A DNA stretch of 64,000 nucleotides from Monocercomonoides exilis PA203 (lineage: Eukaryota > Protista > Preaxostyla), in assembly GCA_001643675.2 (NCBI GenBank), contig LSRY02000052.1:372001-436000 (forward strand). The letters run 5' to 3'. Of the stretch, positions 39,001 through 51,900 are shown piece by piece. The notes below the pieces were generated by a model that had not been told where the DNA came from, ran no database searches, and saw only the letters and a program-made list of their open reading frames with translations. The number at the start of each line of letters is the position of its first letter. Position 1 is the first letter of the stretch. The position numbers were made by a program, and so were the translations under genes.

Positions 39001-39787
39001 GAGTTTTTCTTTTTCCTTTCATTTTTTTTTTCCATATTTTTTTTTAATCCAAATGTTGTTTTGAAAAAGGCCTTACTCCGTCTGAGAAGTGGCTGGAAGA
39101 AGAAAAGGAGAAAACGCGAAATGCGATGAGTTTGAGTGGAACGTCTTCCTTCGCTCATCCTCGTTCTGCCTCGGCAGCTGGATACGTCAGAGTTGAGAAG
39201 ACTTCTTTCGCTGGTATGCTTCTGTTCGAAAGATTAATAGCTTTCACGCGCATTTGATTGCTTTGTGGTTGTTGAAAGAAACTGAACAAGGAAAGTCGAA
39301 AGGAAAACCTGAGATGAAGCGCGACTCGCTGCTCACGCCACAGCCGCAGGCTCCTTCAGAAGAGAAGTCCAGCTCAGCCAGTGGAAGATCAGCAATAGCA
39401 AGTTTACCACCCAAACAGAAATCTAATTCTTCGATATTTCCGGCAAAAACATCGTATTTTTCTGAGAGCGGGGTTGAAGATCCTTTGAAGGCGCTGTCGA
39501 AGCAGAATGATAAAAGTTTGCATCTTCCTTTAAATTTTTGTTGACACAGCAAACAAATAATTGCATGTGAAATATAAACACGATTGCAATTATTCTTCAT
39601 TTCTCAATACTTTTTTTCAAGCTTCATTGGAGAGTCTGAGCTGGAAGCAAAAAGAACAAGTGCTCCGAGTGTTATTTGCAAAGATAAATCAAGGGTATTT
39701 TTTTTTATATTTGCTTGTTTACTTCTCCTTCATTGTTAATAACCGAATTTTTGATTTATCAATATTTCCTGTAGGTCTCATGGTTGA
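36081..39787 (+). CDS. BBOF1: Basal body-orientation factor 1 (CCDC176) homologue, ~11 exons
   Basis: Coiled-coil exons 36081-36200, 36265-36819, 36881-37043, 37105-37190 and 37260-37403, with further exons to TGA at 39785-39787. The diagnostic motifs are LAQTILNERSDVEQFLIEALQTVRAQI and LESLSWKQKEQVLRVLFAKIN. The middle exon boundaries are less certain. Confidence 0.8.
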
Positions 39788-39990
39788 TTACTATCTTGGG
39801 GGTTGTGATATCTTTCTTTGAGTTTGAAGTTATTGATGCTTATTGATTTAAAAAGTTATTATTTTGGATTTTTTGCAATTATTTATGTAGAATGTACTAT
39901 TCATTGCTTAAAAAAGAATTTCCTGTATCGCTAATATTTTTTATTTGTTTGAAAAAAATAAAATAATGTGAAATGAATGAATGGGTAAAA

Positions 39991-40125
39991 ATGGTGCAAA
40001 GTTTTTGCTTTTTTGAAAAAACAACGATTTGTTCCAATATTTTTCACTTTCATTTCAGAACAAGTCTAATGTGATTATGCAAAATATATACATGAATTTT
40101 GAAAAAAAAATATTGAATAAAGAAA
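39991..40125 (+). repeat. Degenerate or partial copy of the ~180-bp repeat
   Basis: ATGGTGCAAAGTT...GAAAAAACAACGATTTGTTCCAATATTTTTCACTTTCAT matches the 5' half of the copy at 40545. The 3' half is poorly conserved. Confidence 0.5.
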
Positions 40126-40544
40126 AAATTCGGTTAGAGGAGACACAACCGACACCCTGAATAGGCATAGATAATCATTTTCCCAACATATAAAATGAAA
40201 AATATTTGATGTATTCAAATTTTATTTTAATAATAACTTCATTCAAATAGAAAAAACCATTTTCTTTCTTTTCATTCATTTTCAAAAAAAATTGGATTTT
40301 CAAGGAAAACCCTAACTTATTTGCCATTTCTTTACCCGAGCAAATAAGACGCGAAAACAATAAGTCATAAAACGCTAAAAAATCTTCAATTCAGATCTTA
40401 TTAAAGGTAATAAAAACAATATATATATAAATATAATGGGCGTGATCAAAACAGTGTCGATTAATTCAACTTTTTCCAAAAATTCAAAAATTGTTTTATT
40501 GAACAAAAAAATGGAAGTTAATCATTTCATTCAGTATTTTTAAA

Positions 40545-40729
40545 ATATGGGATAAAATTCTTACTTTGATGAAAAAAAGAACGATTTGTTCCAAACTTTT
40601 TCCACTTTCATATCATAATAAGTCAAACATTATCATGCAAAAACACTTAGAAAAATTAAAAAATTGAGAGATTTGTTCGAAAATTCTGAATGGAACAAAA
40701 TTCATAAATCAAAAAATATCATCCCAAAT
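40545..40729 (+). repeat. ~185-bp dispersed MITE-like repeat copy
   Basis: Ends ATATGGGATAAAATT ... AATATCATCCCAAAT; cores GATTTGTTCCAAACTTTTTCC and GAATGGAACAAAATTCATAAA. Confidence 0.75.
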
Positions 40730-40825
40730 CAAAATTACATAACCATAATGAATATTATTAATAAAAAAAATTCAACATTTTTTAAAATTTCACTGAAGGA
40801 AAACCAGAAAGTGGAAACGATTTTT

Positions 40826-42762
40826 ATGATGAATGCAACAAATATTAAAGAAACAGAAAAAGAACAAATCGAAGAAAGAGTTTGGACAAATACAAAAGAC
40901 GAGATAAAAGTTTTGATGGAAGGTTTGTATTTTGTTGTGCTTCAAATATGTCAAGCTATTTTTCTTTTTGATGGCTTTCTTTTTTCAAAGGAATAATATT
41001 GGCAGAAGGGGAGAAGCTTGAGAATCTGATGAAAAGGCTTTATCATTTACTAAAAATTGTTGATCCACATAGCTCAAATCTTTACAATTACAAAACGATC
41101 AAAAGTTTAAAGAAAAAGTTGAAAGAAACATGTGGAAATATGAAAAAACCAATTGAGCTTTTGGCCGCTCGGCTTTTTGGATATTTATTCCGAAATGGTT
41201 GTATTGACTACCATTTTGAACGAATTACATTTCCTGTGAGTGTTGATCGTCTTTTTGGATCGGTAAAGCATCTTGCAATATCCGTTTCATGTTTTGACTC
41301 ACACTCCAGGGTAGATAAAATTGAAGACGAGCTTATTAACTTGGGAAAATGTAAAGATGAAGATATTTGTTTATTCACTTTAGCATATTTCCGGTCTCTG
41401 TCAATTGATTGTGGTGTGATATTCTTTTGCTTGTTTATATGATAACTGAATATTTGAATTATTCGCCCAGGAGCAACTCCATATTTTGGGGATTTTAAGC
41501 CTGCAAAAATTTGTGAATGGTTATATGGTCTTCTATCCAACAGAATTCCTTCAGTTATTATGGAAGCACTGGAGATAGCGGAAAAATTGTCTTCGTTTAA
41601 AATTTCTATGAAATTGAACAATGATGTTGATGAAAACAGTCTTTTAACAATCGATTCATTCATTCCAGTTCCAAATCCGAATGATTCTTCACAAACATTT
41701 CCTGAGCCACCCAATGGTAATTCTTCTTGTTGGACTCCTCCTGTGTACTTGCACGGTCCGGTTTGCTCAATTGCAATAAAAGCATTTGAATGTTTGCAGA
41801 GCTTAGCTTCCTATCAAAGAAAGGCATTTGATTATTTGTTTCAGAACATGGACAACGTTGTTCAGAAAGCACTTGGCTATTTGCTTGGAAATTGGACAGA
41901 AGATGATTGGAAGGCGATTTTCTCTGGAAGCAAGTTTTTTGATGCAAGTTGCGATGATATTTACTCTTCTGGTGAAGCAAACTTCCAGCAAATGGCAGAC
42001 GGACTATTTTGCGAAGAGGAAAGTATTAAAGCAATGATAACGAAATTCCAATTATGCGCAGTTAAATGTGTCAGTAGTTGGCTTGAAAGGCAAACTCGCG
42101 AGTCAATTACTCGGTGCACGGAAAGAGATGTCATGAGAAGAATAGCTTCGCTGTTGTGTGAAACAACAAATGACCAACTAAAATTGAGTGCTTCAGATGC
42201 ACTGATAGGCGGATGGGCTCGATCGTTTCCTGCTGCACGGACGCAATCGCTTTTCAGGAAAGCCATGGGATACGATACGATGGGAGATAAATGCCTTCCT
42301 CAGCCTTTTCGCGGGGAATTGACAGCAATGATGAACGATGTTTGTGAAGAAGAAGGGGTAATAGATGTTTTGCATGCACGAATTGCACCATTTTTTACAG
42401 ATCGAAAATTAAAAGCCAAAAATGAAGAACAAATTAAACGAAGGCTATGCACAAAATGTGATCCAAGAATTTGTATGGTTTGTGCGATGTTTGAAAATAA
42501 AGATCAAGAAAAAGTGGAAGCAGAGCAACTTGTCAAAGATGAAAAGGAAGAAAAGGAAGAGGAAGAGGAAGAGGAAGAGGATGCAGCTTCTTATTATGAA
42601 TTCAAAGAAAGGGAAATGAAATCAATAGATGAAAGTTATGAACAGCTTTTTGATTGCATAAGTGCAGGTGGAATGTCGTTAAATGAGTACGCTAAATATC
42701 AATATAACCACACATGGAATTGGAAAGATAATGTGGATGATGAAGACAGCAATGAATATTGA
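40826..42762 (+). CDS. Hypothetical alpha-helical (possibly ARM/HEAT-like) protein with acidic C-terminus; 3 exons
   Basis: Exons 40826-40922, 40991-41413 and 41471-42762 join ORFs 40664, 40999 and 41560 in frame through GT-AG introns. No recognisable catalytic motif. Confidence 0.65.
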
Positions 42763-42909
42763 AATTATATTGAAAAAGAAAAAGAAATGAAGTTGAAGGA
42801 AAGATATTAAATGATTGGGCAAGATATCCAAGATGAAAATAAATTTGAGAATTCTTCAAAAAAAATGTTTCAAGTTCATGCTATTTGAGCTTCCTTATTG
42901 AATTGTTTT

Positions 42910-43006
42910 TTTATTTATTTATTTATTTATTTATTTATTTTATTTTATTTTATTTTATTTTATTTTATTTTATTTTATTTTATTTTATTTTATTTTATTT
43001 TATTTT
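42910..43006 (+). repeat. Compound microsatellite: (TTTA)~7 followed by (TTTTA)~13
   Basis: Read directly from the sequence. Confidence 0.95.
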
Positions 43007-43038
43007 GATTTTTATAAAAATTGAATCAATTTGAAGAA

Positions 43039-43227
43039 GATATGAGGCAAAATTCTTGCATTTATGGAAAAAAACAATAATTTGCTCCAAACTTTTTCTC
43101 CAACCTTATCATTATAAGTCTTTCATTCACATGTCAAATAAATACAGAAATATTCTAAAATTGAGAAAAATATTTGTTAGAGCAGAATGGAACAAAATTC
43201 ATAAAGCATTATATTTCGTCCCATATC
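43039..43227 (+). repeat. ~190-bp dispersed MITE-like repeat copy
   Basis: Ends GATATGAGGCAAAATT ... ATTTCGTCCCATATC; core GAATGGAACAAAATTCATAAA. Confidence 0.8.
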
Positions 43228-43387
43228 AAAAACATTTTTATAACTTCTGGATTTTATTTTTACATATCTCAGAAACTCTTTGGTATAAATAACTAATTGA
43301 CACTTTTGAAATAAAGTGCTATTTGTTTATGATGTATTTCATTTCCGTGAAAACAATTGTTAAACAATTTTTGGTTTTTATTTCAAA

Positions 43388-44798
43388 ATGAAAGTTTCGA
43401 ATGATGGAAAAATTTACAAGTTTGAGCAATAAATTATTTAGAAAGCGAAAAAATATGTTTTATAACGTTTATATCTACAGAACTGTTTTCTGAACTGGAA
43501 GATAGCGATGAGAATGAACAGAAAGTCAAAATCGAAGAAATGAGCTATATTTTGGAAGAGATGAATGGAAACGAATTTATATCCATTTTATTGGAAGAAA
43601 CATTTGATGAAATATGTAAAATGATTGAATTAAAGGGATTATCGATTAAGGATACATTGTCATTGTTGAAGCATATTGGATATTTCAAAGTCTTGAAAAG
43701 AATTTCATCATCATGTTTTGATGATTCTTCATTGTGCCCAAGGCTCGAGAAGATGATTGCTGATGAAGAGAAGAAAAAAGAAGGAAATAACGAAAAGTTT
43801 TTGGCTAATATTTGCGAATGCAACGTAATGAATCGTGAATATGAAATATCAGAAGAACTGCTGCATGTTTGCATACATTGTCTTCTGAAAGCTGCGTTAA
43901 ACAAAGAAATCAGCGAAAAAGCACAAAAAGAGGTGGAATTGGCTCTGTTATCTTTTAGTTGCATTGAACTTTATCATGTGCGAGGATTTCAATTCATTTT
44001 TGATCATTGATTTCTTTTTTCTTTTTTTCTTATCAGTTTTTGGATAAAGAACTGTATTTGAACGCGATTGTAGGAATTATTCAACATCATCAAGAGCATC
44101 ACAGCCTGACTCGATTTGCCTATCAATCAATTTGGCAATTTTTGGTGTGCAGATTTGAGAATGATAATATACTTTGGAAGATATGATTGTGAATGAGTTG
44201 CATTTCGGAAGCGAGGCCACAAGAGAATAAGAAGAGCTGACAAAGTGTGTGAATTGGAAGAGAAAAGACGAGAGGAAAGAAAGAAGAAGAATTGTAAGAA
44301 AAGATGTGATAATTATATGTTCGTGGATTTCTGCATTGGTCACGTATTTAATGTCATGCAAAATGTGGAATGAAGAATGTTTTGGGGTTGTCAGGAGTGT
44401 TGTTCTAGTATTTCAAGCAGCAAAGGATTATCATAGAGAAATTAGTGATACGTGCAGTTGCTTTTTTGTTTGCGCTGTGATGAACAAAACTGTGGAAGTT
44501 GATGAATTGTTGAAAAGCGGGGCTGTTGATGTTGTTTTGGAGGAGACAATTCAACTGAATGTCAAATACTCGCAAATTTCATATTGTTAAGATTTTTTCA
44601 AAGGCCTTTGCGAAAGATTGAAAAGAAAGATGGATCAAAAGGAAGAGTAAGTTAAACGAAAAGATATCAAAAGAAACATTTATGAAAAGATGGAGGAAGA
44701 AGGATATGAAGACTGCTTGTTTGGATTGCGATATTGTATGGTTAAAGAAACGTTTGAAGATAATTTTTTGTTTCGGAATTTTGAAGCTTATTATATTA
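43388..44798 (+). pseudogene. Pseudogene of a lineage-expanded helical-repeat hypothetical family (LFSELED..E.EQK.KIEEM...MEEEGYED)
   Basis: A coherent spliced reading frame is broken by a frameshift near 44170 and in-frame TAA stops at 44228, 44588 and 44648. The 3' end is interrupted by the transposon. Confidence 0.7.
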
Positions 44799-44837
44799 CC
44801 ATCGTTAAAAAACCCGTGAATTTTTCAAAAACCCGGA
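44799..44837 (+). repeat. Left terminal inverted repeat of the pogo-type transposon
   Basis: CCATCGTTAAAAAACCCGTGAATTTTTCAAAAACCCGGA, containing AAAAACCCG twice. Confidence 0.92.
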
Positions 44838-45462
44838 GAAGCCTTTTTTTAAATTTGCATTCAAACTTATTCAAAACAAGTATTCCTCTATGATTTCCGC
44901 AATACAAACTAATATAAAAGCAGGTATGATTCATACATCAATTGAAATCATATCTGTTCTTTCAATATTTATTGAGTTATATGTTTTAATCATAGAAGAA
45001 ATTCTAACTGCTTTTTGGCTTTGTGCAATCGAAAGTTAGAATTTGTTGTTTGTTTCTTATATTTCCATGCCACTTGTGTTTGTTCGCAAATAAAATTGCT
45101 TATATTCAAAACTCTATGCCTCAAACATTAATACGAATTAATAAACTTCAATTATTTCTATTTTATTAGACTTTTCTGAAATAAGAAAACAATTGTTATA
45201 TGAATAACGAATAAAAAAATATATTCTTCATGATAAATGCACTTTTCAAGGATTTGATTGAGTTGCATTTGTTTGTCGTTCAAACCAATGAACAATTGTC
45301 TGAAGAATTTTCGTTATATCTTCGATATCTTTCTTTGATTATTTGCGTCATCGTCATAATCAATCCTCATGCATTTTCTTTTCCATTTCATTTTGTCGCT
45401 ATTTCTCCTGCAACTGTTTTCTTTTCTTTTCGCCAATTTCTCTTCTTTCTTTTCTTTTCTTT

Positions 45463-46938
45463 TCAAATCCAATGAATCTTCTCTCGATTGTTTCTTTTTT
45501 CTTTTCGAAGAATGGAAGCACAGTTGATTTCTTTCATCTTTTGAATAGATTCATTTTCACAATATCTTTTTTTTTCATCTTCAATTTTCTTTTTCTTTGG
45601 AGAAAATCTACCAAACAGCTGCTCTTTATTCTCATTGTCATTCAATGATGCTTCCTTTTCAGGTGTTCCACTTATTCTTTCAAGAACCGGAGCAGCTTTG
45701 ACCGGCCAAACGCCCGTCTGCCTGAATGCATGCTTAATATTTGAAGGTGCGACCGCAGCAGAAAGAGCTTCTAGAAGAATATCGAAGATGGCTGAGCGAA
45801 ACGCTGCAGAAGAATGATCAGTTGGAGCTTTGAAGCTATTATTATATGTTTTCTTGAATCGTGCAAAAATTGAATTATTGCACGGTTGTAGAAGATGAGT
45901 TAAATTCTGTGGAAACTTTTTTATGATGATGTTTTTCTTTTTTACAACCATTTCAACAGCTTCACTGTTGTGAGAAGAATGGTTATCCATCAGGAACAAT
46001 GCAAATTTCATTCCTCCATCTTTCATCTTTTTTTCAATATTATCAAGCCAATAATCAAGCATAATTTTTTCGAAGATTTTTGAAGTGATCCATCCTGAAG
46101 ATGCGAAGATATAATTTATGTTGAACGATGAAAGCATACGAAATTCCACTGGAATTTTTTTCGCAGGCCAAAGAAGAAAAGATGACAAACATGAGCCATC
46201 TGCGTAGGCACATAAGCACAATGTTGTGTTCGAAGTCTTTTTCGGAGAAGGAGTCGAAGGAGGTTTCTGGTTTTGCAGACATACCACAAGTTTGCAAGAA
46301 TCCTCACCCAGATGAAGTGAAGTTTCATCAAAATTAAAGATACCTGATGGGACTATTTCTTTCTCATTCACAATCTGCGAAAGTTCATCAAACCACTTTC
46401 TGACGGAATCAGAAGATTGGGAAGATATTTTTGCAGTGTCCAATTGCCTTGAAACAGCTGACTTCAATATAGAACTTTTTTGAATAACATAGAATGCGGC
46501 AGTTAAACTTGGTATTTTTTTTCGCTTCTTCGTCTTTTGAGGATTTTTCCAAATGCTCCACAATCTAAAAATATTTAAAAAAATTAATTTTTATAATAAA
46601 AATTAAACATAAACCATTTTGTGCACGTCTTTAACTCTTATTGTTTTACCTTTTGAGAGATGAACAATAACTTGGTTTTCGATTTTTTCTATTAAATCTG
46701 GCGTAATTATCGGAGGTCTTCCGTTGACTCCCGCCTGCCTTTTCTGCTTCTCTGCCGCTATTCCTCTGTACCATGAGCCATTTGATATTGTGCCAGAATC
46801 AACAGCCACTTTTCTTGTTATTATATGATCCTTACGCAGTTCAAATATTTTTTGGGATGTTGTTTTTTACCTTCTGATTTCGGAAATTGCCAACTTTTTC
46901 CTTAGTTCTGGTAACGACAATTCTTTTGTAATAGCCAT
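45463..46938 (-). pseudogene. Inactivated pogo/Fot1-like DD35D transposase
   Basis: Motifs NFDETS, SSGWIT, LMDNHSSH and THLLQPCNNSIFARFK, with the third Asp replaced by Asn 35 residues after the second. ATG at 46938 with an in-frame TAA at 46869-46867. Intron ~46614-46565, followed by an apparent +1 frameshift in the A8 run at 46522-46515. Confidence 0.85.
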
Positions 46939-47263
46939 TAATATGGGTTTGATTTTTGATCAATTTTTTATGAAAGTGAGTATTAATTATGATTTTTAGT
47001 TTAGGCTTCTTAAAGGAATCATCAAAGTGTCAAAAAATTGTGAAAATGAAAAATATGACAATTGGAGAATGCTTAAGTTTTTTTCTTTTTGAGAAATAAA
47101 TATATTTCAAAATAGAATTTTTTTAACGATGTTTATTCAATAACAATGAAATGTGATTTGTTTTTTTTTTTGATTATGGATTTATGATAATATACAACGA
47201 GAAATAATGCAATTATTGAAAATGCTTTTTGACATGATAATCGTGAACTGTTTTTTCATGAAG

Positions 47264-47302
47264 TCCGGGTTTTTGAAAAATTCCCGGGTTTTTTAACGAT
47301 GG
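47264..47302 (-). repeat. Right terminal inverted repeat of the pogo-type transposon
   Basis: TCCGGGTTTTTGAAAAATTCCCGGGTTTTTTAACGATGG, the reverse complement of the left TIR with one mismatch. Confidence 0.92.
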
Positions 47303-47312
47303 TAAAATTGAA

Positions 47313-47500
47313 ATATGTGACGATATTTTTTTGCTTAATGAATTTTGTTCTATTCTGCACATTTAATTAATTTTGTAATTTTGTAATTTTTCCTATGTTT
47401 TTTTGACATGAGAATGAAAGATTTCTCATGATAAGGTTGTGGAAAAAGTTTGGAACTAATTGTTGTTTTTTTCATAAATGAAAGAATTATGCCCCATATC
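47313..47500 (-). repeat. ~190-bp dispersed MITE-like repeat copy, reverse orientation
   Basis: The reverse complement reads GATATGGGGCATAATTCTTTCATTTATGAAAAAAACAACAATTAGTTCCAAACTTTTTCCACAACCTTATCAT...GAATAGAACAAAATTCATTAAGC...ATATCGTCACATAT. Confidence 0.8.
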
Positions 47501-48927
47501 GCAAGTTAATAATATTTTCACCATTTTCTTATGTTCAAACAAAATATTATTGTTAGTAGCAAATATGCAAGGAAGAGAAAATAATTAACAAAAAATATTT
47601 GACACGCAAAATGAAAAAGTTGATATTTTGTTTTTCGTGTTAAACTAATCATGCACAAATACATATATATGTGAACTGAAATATTTAATATTATTTTTAA
47701 AAAATTATGAAAATATTGTTTCCATTGCGAATATTTGAGTTTTAGAAAAAAAATGTGGGGTGTAAGAACTATTGAATAAATGAGTTCTCAAAGTTTTAAA
47801 ATAACCAAAAATATAAAAAAAAGAAAAGTTTAAAAACAACATCAACAAGAAAAATTATCAAATTCAAAAGCTCGTGGAAAGAAGAGCATGTCTTTGATCA
47901 TGTTCCAAAAAATAAAAATTTCTAGATCTTTTTAGAAAAATGGAGAAGATAATAAATATTCTCGAAAACATAGTTTCACAACATTCCCAAAGTGTTTGTT
48001 TATTTTTAATCATATTTTAATGCATATTCATTGTTCAAACACGAAAAAATTTTTTTGTGTACTAAAAAAAAGGTTCTAATAAAAATATCACTCTATTAAA
48101 ATTTTGTATAAAATGATCATCCGTCTTTTCAGCTTTCTCAGCTTCAGTATTTAATTAACAAAACTTCCTATTTCTTTTTTCTTCATGATTCAACTTACAA
48201 AGGGATATTTTCATTCTCTGCATTCATCAGTGCAAAATTTAAAAAATATTCTTTCTTTTTTTCATTTATTTTTTTTACTCTTTTGCACTTAAATTTTTAT
48301 CATTTTTTCAATTGCTTTTAAGATATTTCTATGTGTTGAGCTACAATAAAAATAATTAAAATAAAAAATTTAATCATTTCATTTCTATGCATGTTGTTTT
48401 TCTTCGTTAAATCTCCTGCATTGCATGTTTTTGTTCAGCCAAGCTCAGAGAAGATGAAATCGTTCACAAGAACTTAAACATGCAAAATTATGTTTATTTT
48501 TGATGTGCTTTATAACCTTCAATTGAAATAGTTTTGTTCACTTGTTTTATCCATTTATTGTCTTTTGCGATGAAATTAAAAACAGACAAATTTGGTCCAG
48601 TAAAGTTGAACTCAAAAATTTTTGCGCTTCATAAATTCTTGGTTTTAATTTTGGTGACAAAGACTATAAAGGATAATTTAGATTTTCTTCAATTGTGGTA
48701 TCATGAAGATAGCCAATGGATGAAATTTTTTTAATAAAACAAAAAGAATCATTTGACAAAAAATAAATGAGAAAAGACAACAATTAATTCAACCATTGTA
48801 AAACGTTAACGTAACAATATCACACATAATTCGAGTGCGACAATTTTTAATATTTGTTGATTAACATTCAAAATAAACAAATAAAGCAAAATCTATTACA
48901 CACATAAACCGCATGAATCATGCGTAA

Positions 48928-51900
48928 CTAAAATCCGTGAACACAAAAAAATATCTCAAAAAGAGATTCTAGAAATTGCTGGTGTGCCGAAGGTGGGAGT
49001 CCAACAACAGAACGCAAATACTCCATGTCAAGCCACAATAAATACACAGCTGTTTGAAATTGATTCAGATCGTTGTCATTCGGTGCAACTGCTCCTGAAT
49101 GCGTGTCAATAAAAAGAGGAAAGATGATTCCGTTTGACAGCTGATTGCTGTGCGAATGCAAAAGATAAGAGAGGGGCAGTGCAGACAAAATAGTTTTGTT
49201 GTGCAAAGAATTCAAAGCACGGCTTTGAGGAGGTACATGAATCGAAATGGACTGCTGAGACAAAGGAAAAGTTAGGAAAGATGTTGGACGATACGCAAAA
49301 AAGTGATATTTCGTTGGATTTGAACGAGAGCAACGGCGAATGCAGTCAGAAACCGAAGACGCATCTAATTGTTTCTTCTGGGCATTTGAGTCCGTTTGCT
49401 CAAAATGTTCAGGATATTCATCGACTGAAATGGACAAACGAGGATTTGGAGGCGAAGGAGATTGAATTTTTTTCTTAGGAGGAAGAGGAGAGACAGACTT
49501 CGCCAACGAAATGGCATCTGCCAGAGACGACAGATCTGAAGGCGTTGTAGGGAAATATGGAGGCAGAAGAGACGAACAGAAGGAAGAGCTGCCAAGAGAA
49601 GGGCAAACGGCTGTTGGGATGTTGCGACGCGACGCAATTGGACGAGTTTTGAATGCGTTTGCATCAAATACTGGCTTATCTTTTGAGCAAGGTGGTTTTT
49701 CTGATGGATTAACAGGGGTGCATGACTGTGAATGTGATTGAGGCGACTTCTGCGAATGGATGGCAGGCTGACTGTTATTTAATGATGCATTGTTGATTGT
49801 ATCAATTGAATTTCTGGGCAGATTATTATTCGAAGGACTGTCTATGCATTCGCACTTGTTTCTGCAAATTTCTTTTGTTGTCACATTATTCTTAGACAAA
49901 TAAGAGGGAGCAGGAGAATTAGAAGGAGGAGAAGAGGAAGACAACGGACTCGTTGACTGAGGAGTGGAAGATACTGAGCGATTGAAAGAAGGCGAACGCT
50001 GTGCAAGTGCTCTGTCAGTATTTGCGAATGTCTTAATCGATCTCTCTGAAAATGAAGCATTCGAAGCGCGTCGGCGCTTTGTGTCGTTTTGGATGGGAGT
50101 GTCCAGTGGGCTCGTCTGATGAGCATTGGAAGAGTTTACTGCAGAGCGATCCTCAGATGACAGTACGGATGATGATACTGATGAGGACGAGGATGAGGAT
50201 GAGGAAGAGAGCGAGGGCGAGGGCAAGGCCAAAGATGGAGAGTGAGACGGAGATGGAAAAGGTGAAGAAGGTGTGAAAGAGAACGACTGGCGAAGAGGAA
50301 GTGCCAATTCTTGGAGGATGCCTCCTTGTCTGTTCTGAGGAACAGCACACTGCTTTAAATACTGCAAAGCTGGACTGATGCTCTTTGCAGTCGAGTGAAT
50401 GGGGTACAGATTTGCAGATGTTGCAACAGGAGAATTCTGTTTGGAGCTGTTTCGCTGCGAAGAACGAAGCGAATTTCTTTTCTTTTTCAAGCTGAGAACA
50501 GAAGTAAAGCACGACCCAAACAGCTTTAGCGAGGCCTGGATTGCAGAGCCAATGCTGATTGGTGCTTCATTGCTCACCTTTGGCGGTTTGGCTGTGATGC
50601 GGTCCATCGGCATTGATGTGTGCAAGTCAGCCAGCAGGATGCGTGCTGGAGGAGTGCTGCGGGAGCTTTTGTGTGGGCAGTACACAAAGGAGTCATTATG
50701 ATAACAGAAATCAGATGATTTGCTTGGAGAATGAGATGAAGAAGACGAGCTGTTTGAACGCAAAGAAGAGGAATTTTTGGGAAAAGAAGATGAAACAGAT
50801 GAAGATCCCCGTATGTTCAGCACAGTCGCACGAGTTATATGTTTTGCCAGTGAAGAAAAAATAGGGTTAAGAAGATGTGCATCAAAGCTATCGCTGCTGA
50901 GCTGCTGGCTTGGATGTGTTCCGAGATACTGCTTCCCTTGAATCACTAGCTCTCTGACAAGATCCAAATCTGTGCCTGAGCCAGCAAGTGCAAAAGATGC
51001 AGCGTCGTGTGAAAGATCAGCGATGGACGAATGTAGCAGAAAGAGCTTCCCCCACTCCTCTTTGGCTCTCCATCCACCGTTCATCACAAATGAGCGGGAA
51101 AGAGCAGGAAACACAGGGTGAGGCAGAGGGGAGCGTAGATAGACAGACAAGAGATGCAGAAGGTGTGCAACTACTCCAAGCACGGTGGAGATCTTCTCAA
51201 AGGACGAGAAAGAAAGAGGGGGCAGAAGCTTCACATAGTCCACAATGGCCTTGCAGCCTTGAAATGCAGGGCTGGAAATAGGAGACGGAGATTGCTTGGG
51301 AATTGCTCCTGACGTTCGTTCAGGTTGGAAGGCAGCACATGTCTCAGGCTGAGGATGAGCAGAGGCAGAAATAGGATGAAGATGAAGGGGAGTGAAAGTA
51401 CTGAGAGAGTGGGAACAAGAAGATAAGGCAGGGAATAAGTTGTTTGCTGCGTTTTGATCTGCAGTACGAGATGATATTGTCGAAGACGAAATGACTTCAG
51501 TATCGCGTATTCCATTCATTCCAGGTGATGGGGCTAGAGTTGGACAAAAAATACGATGGACGTCTTGATAATTCGGTGCATATTCAAAATAATTGCTGAC
51601 CTTCTGCTTGTTTCGGTTGATAATGCAATCAGACTCCTTTGAGGAGAGAGCATTTGATCTTTTTACATGAACACGATGCTTCCAATTTTTTAAGCAATGT
51701 TTTGATTTCAAATCGATTATTTCATCTGAGTGCCTAATGTCAGTTTGTTCTGTGCATTCATTTGTTTCTGAGTGAAAATGCTGATCAAATGAATTTCTTT
51801 CAAAAACTGGATCTGTCGATGAGTATTTATTCTGCATGATGCTTTCGTTTTGTGCTCCAATGGAATAAATCGGTTCGAGCACAGTCACTCCCTTTTGATT

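Larger units (their letters stand above)
44799..47302 (-). mobile_element. Tc1/mariner-superfamily pogo-type DNA transposon, 2,504 bp, TA target-site duplication
   Basis: 39-bp TIRs with one mismatch at 44799-44837 and 47264-47302. TA at 44797-44798 and 47303-47304. Internal DDE_1-type transposase on the minus strand. Confidence 0.92.

Noticed and set aside
46867-46869. In-frame TAA in the transposase (and TAAs in the pseudogene) as evidence for a TAR=Gln code, as in some oxymonads
   Set aside because: Intact genes here end in TAA or TAG, and multi-kb ORFs contain no internal TAR. The affected genes also carry frameshifts.
47500-48927. Long AT-rich spacer with a 66-aa ORF at 48534
   Set aside because: No coding signal, RNA gene or repeat structure that I could support.
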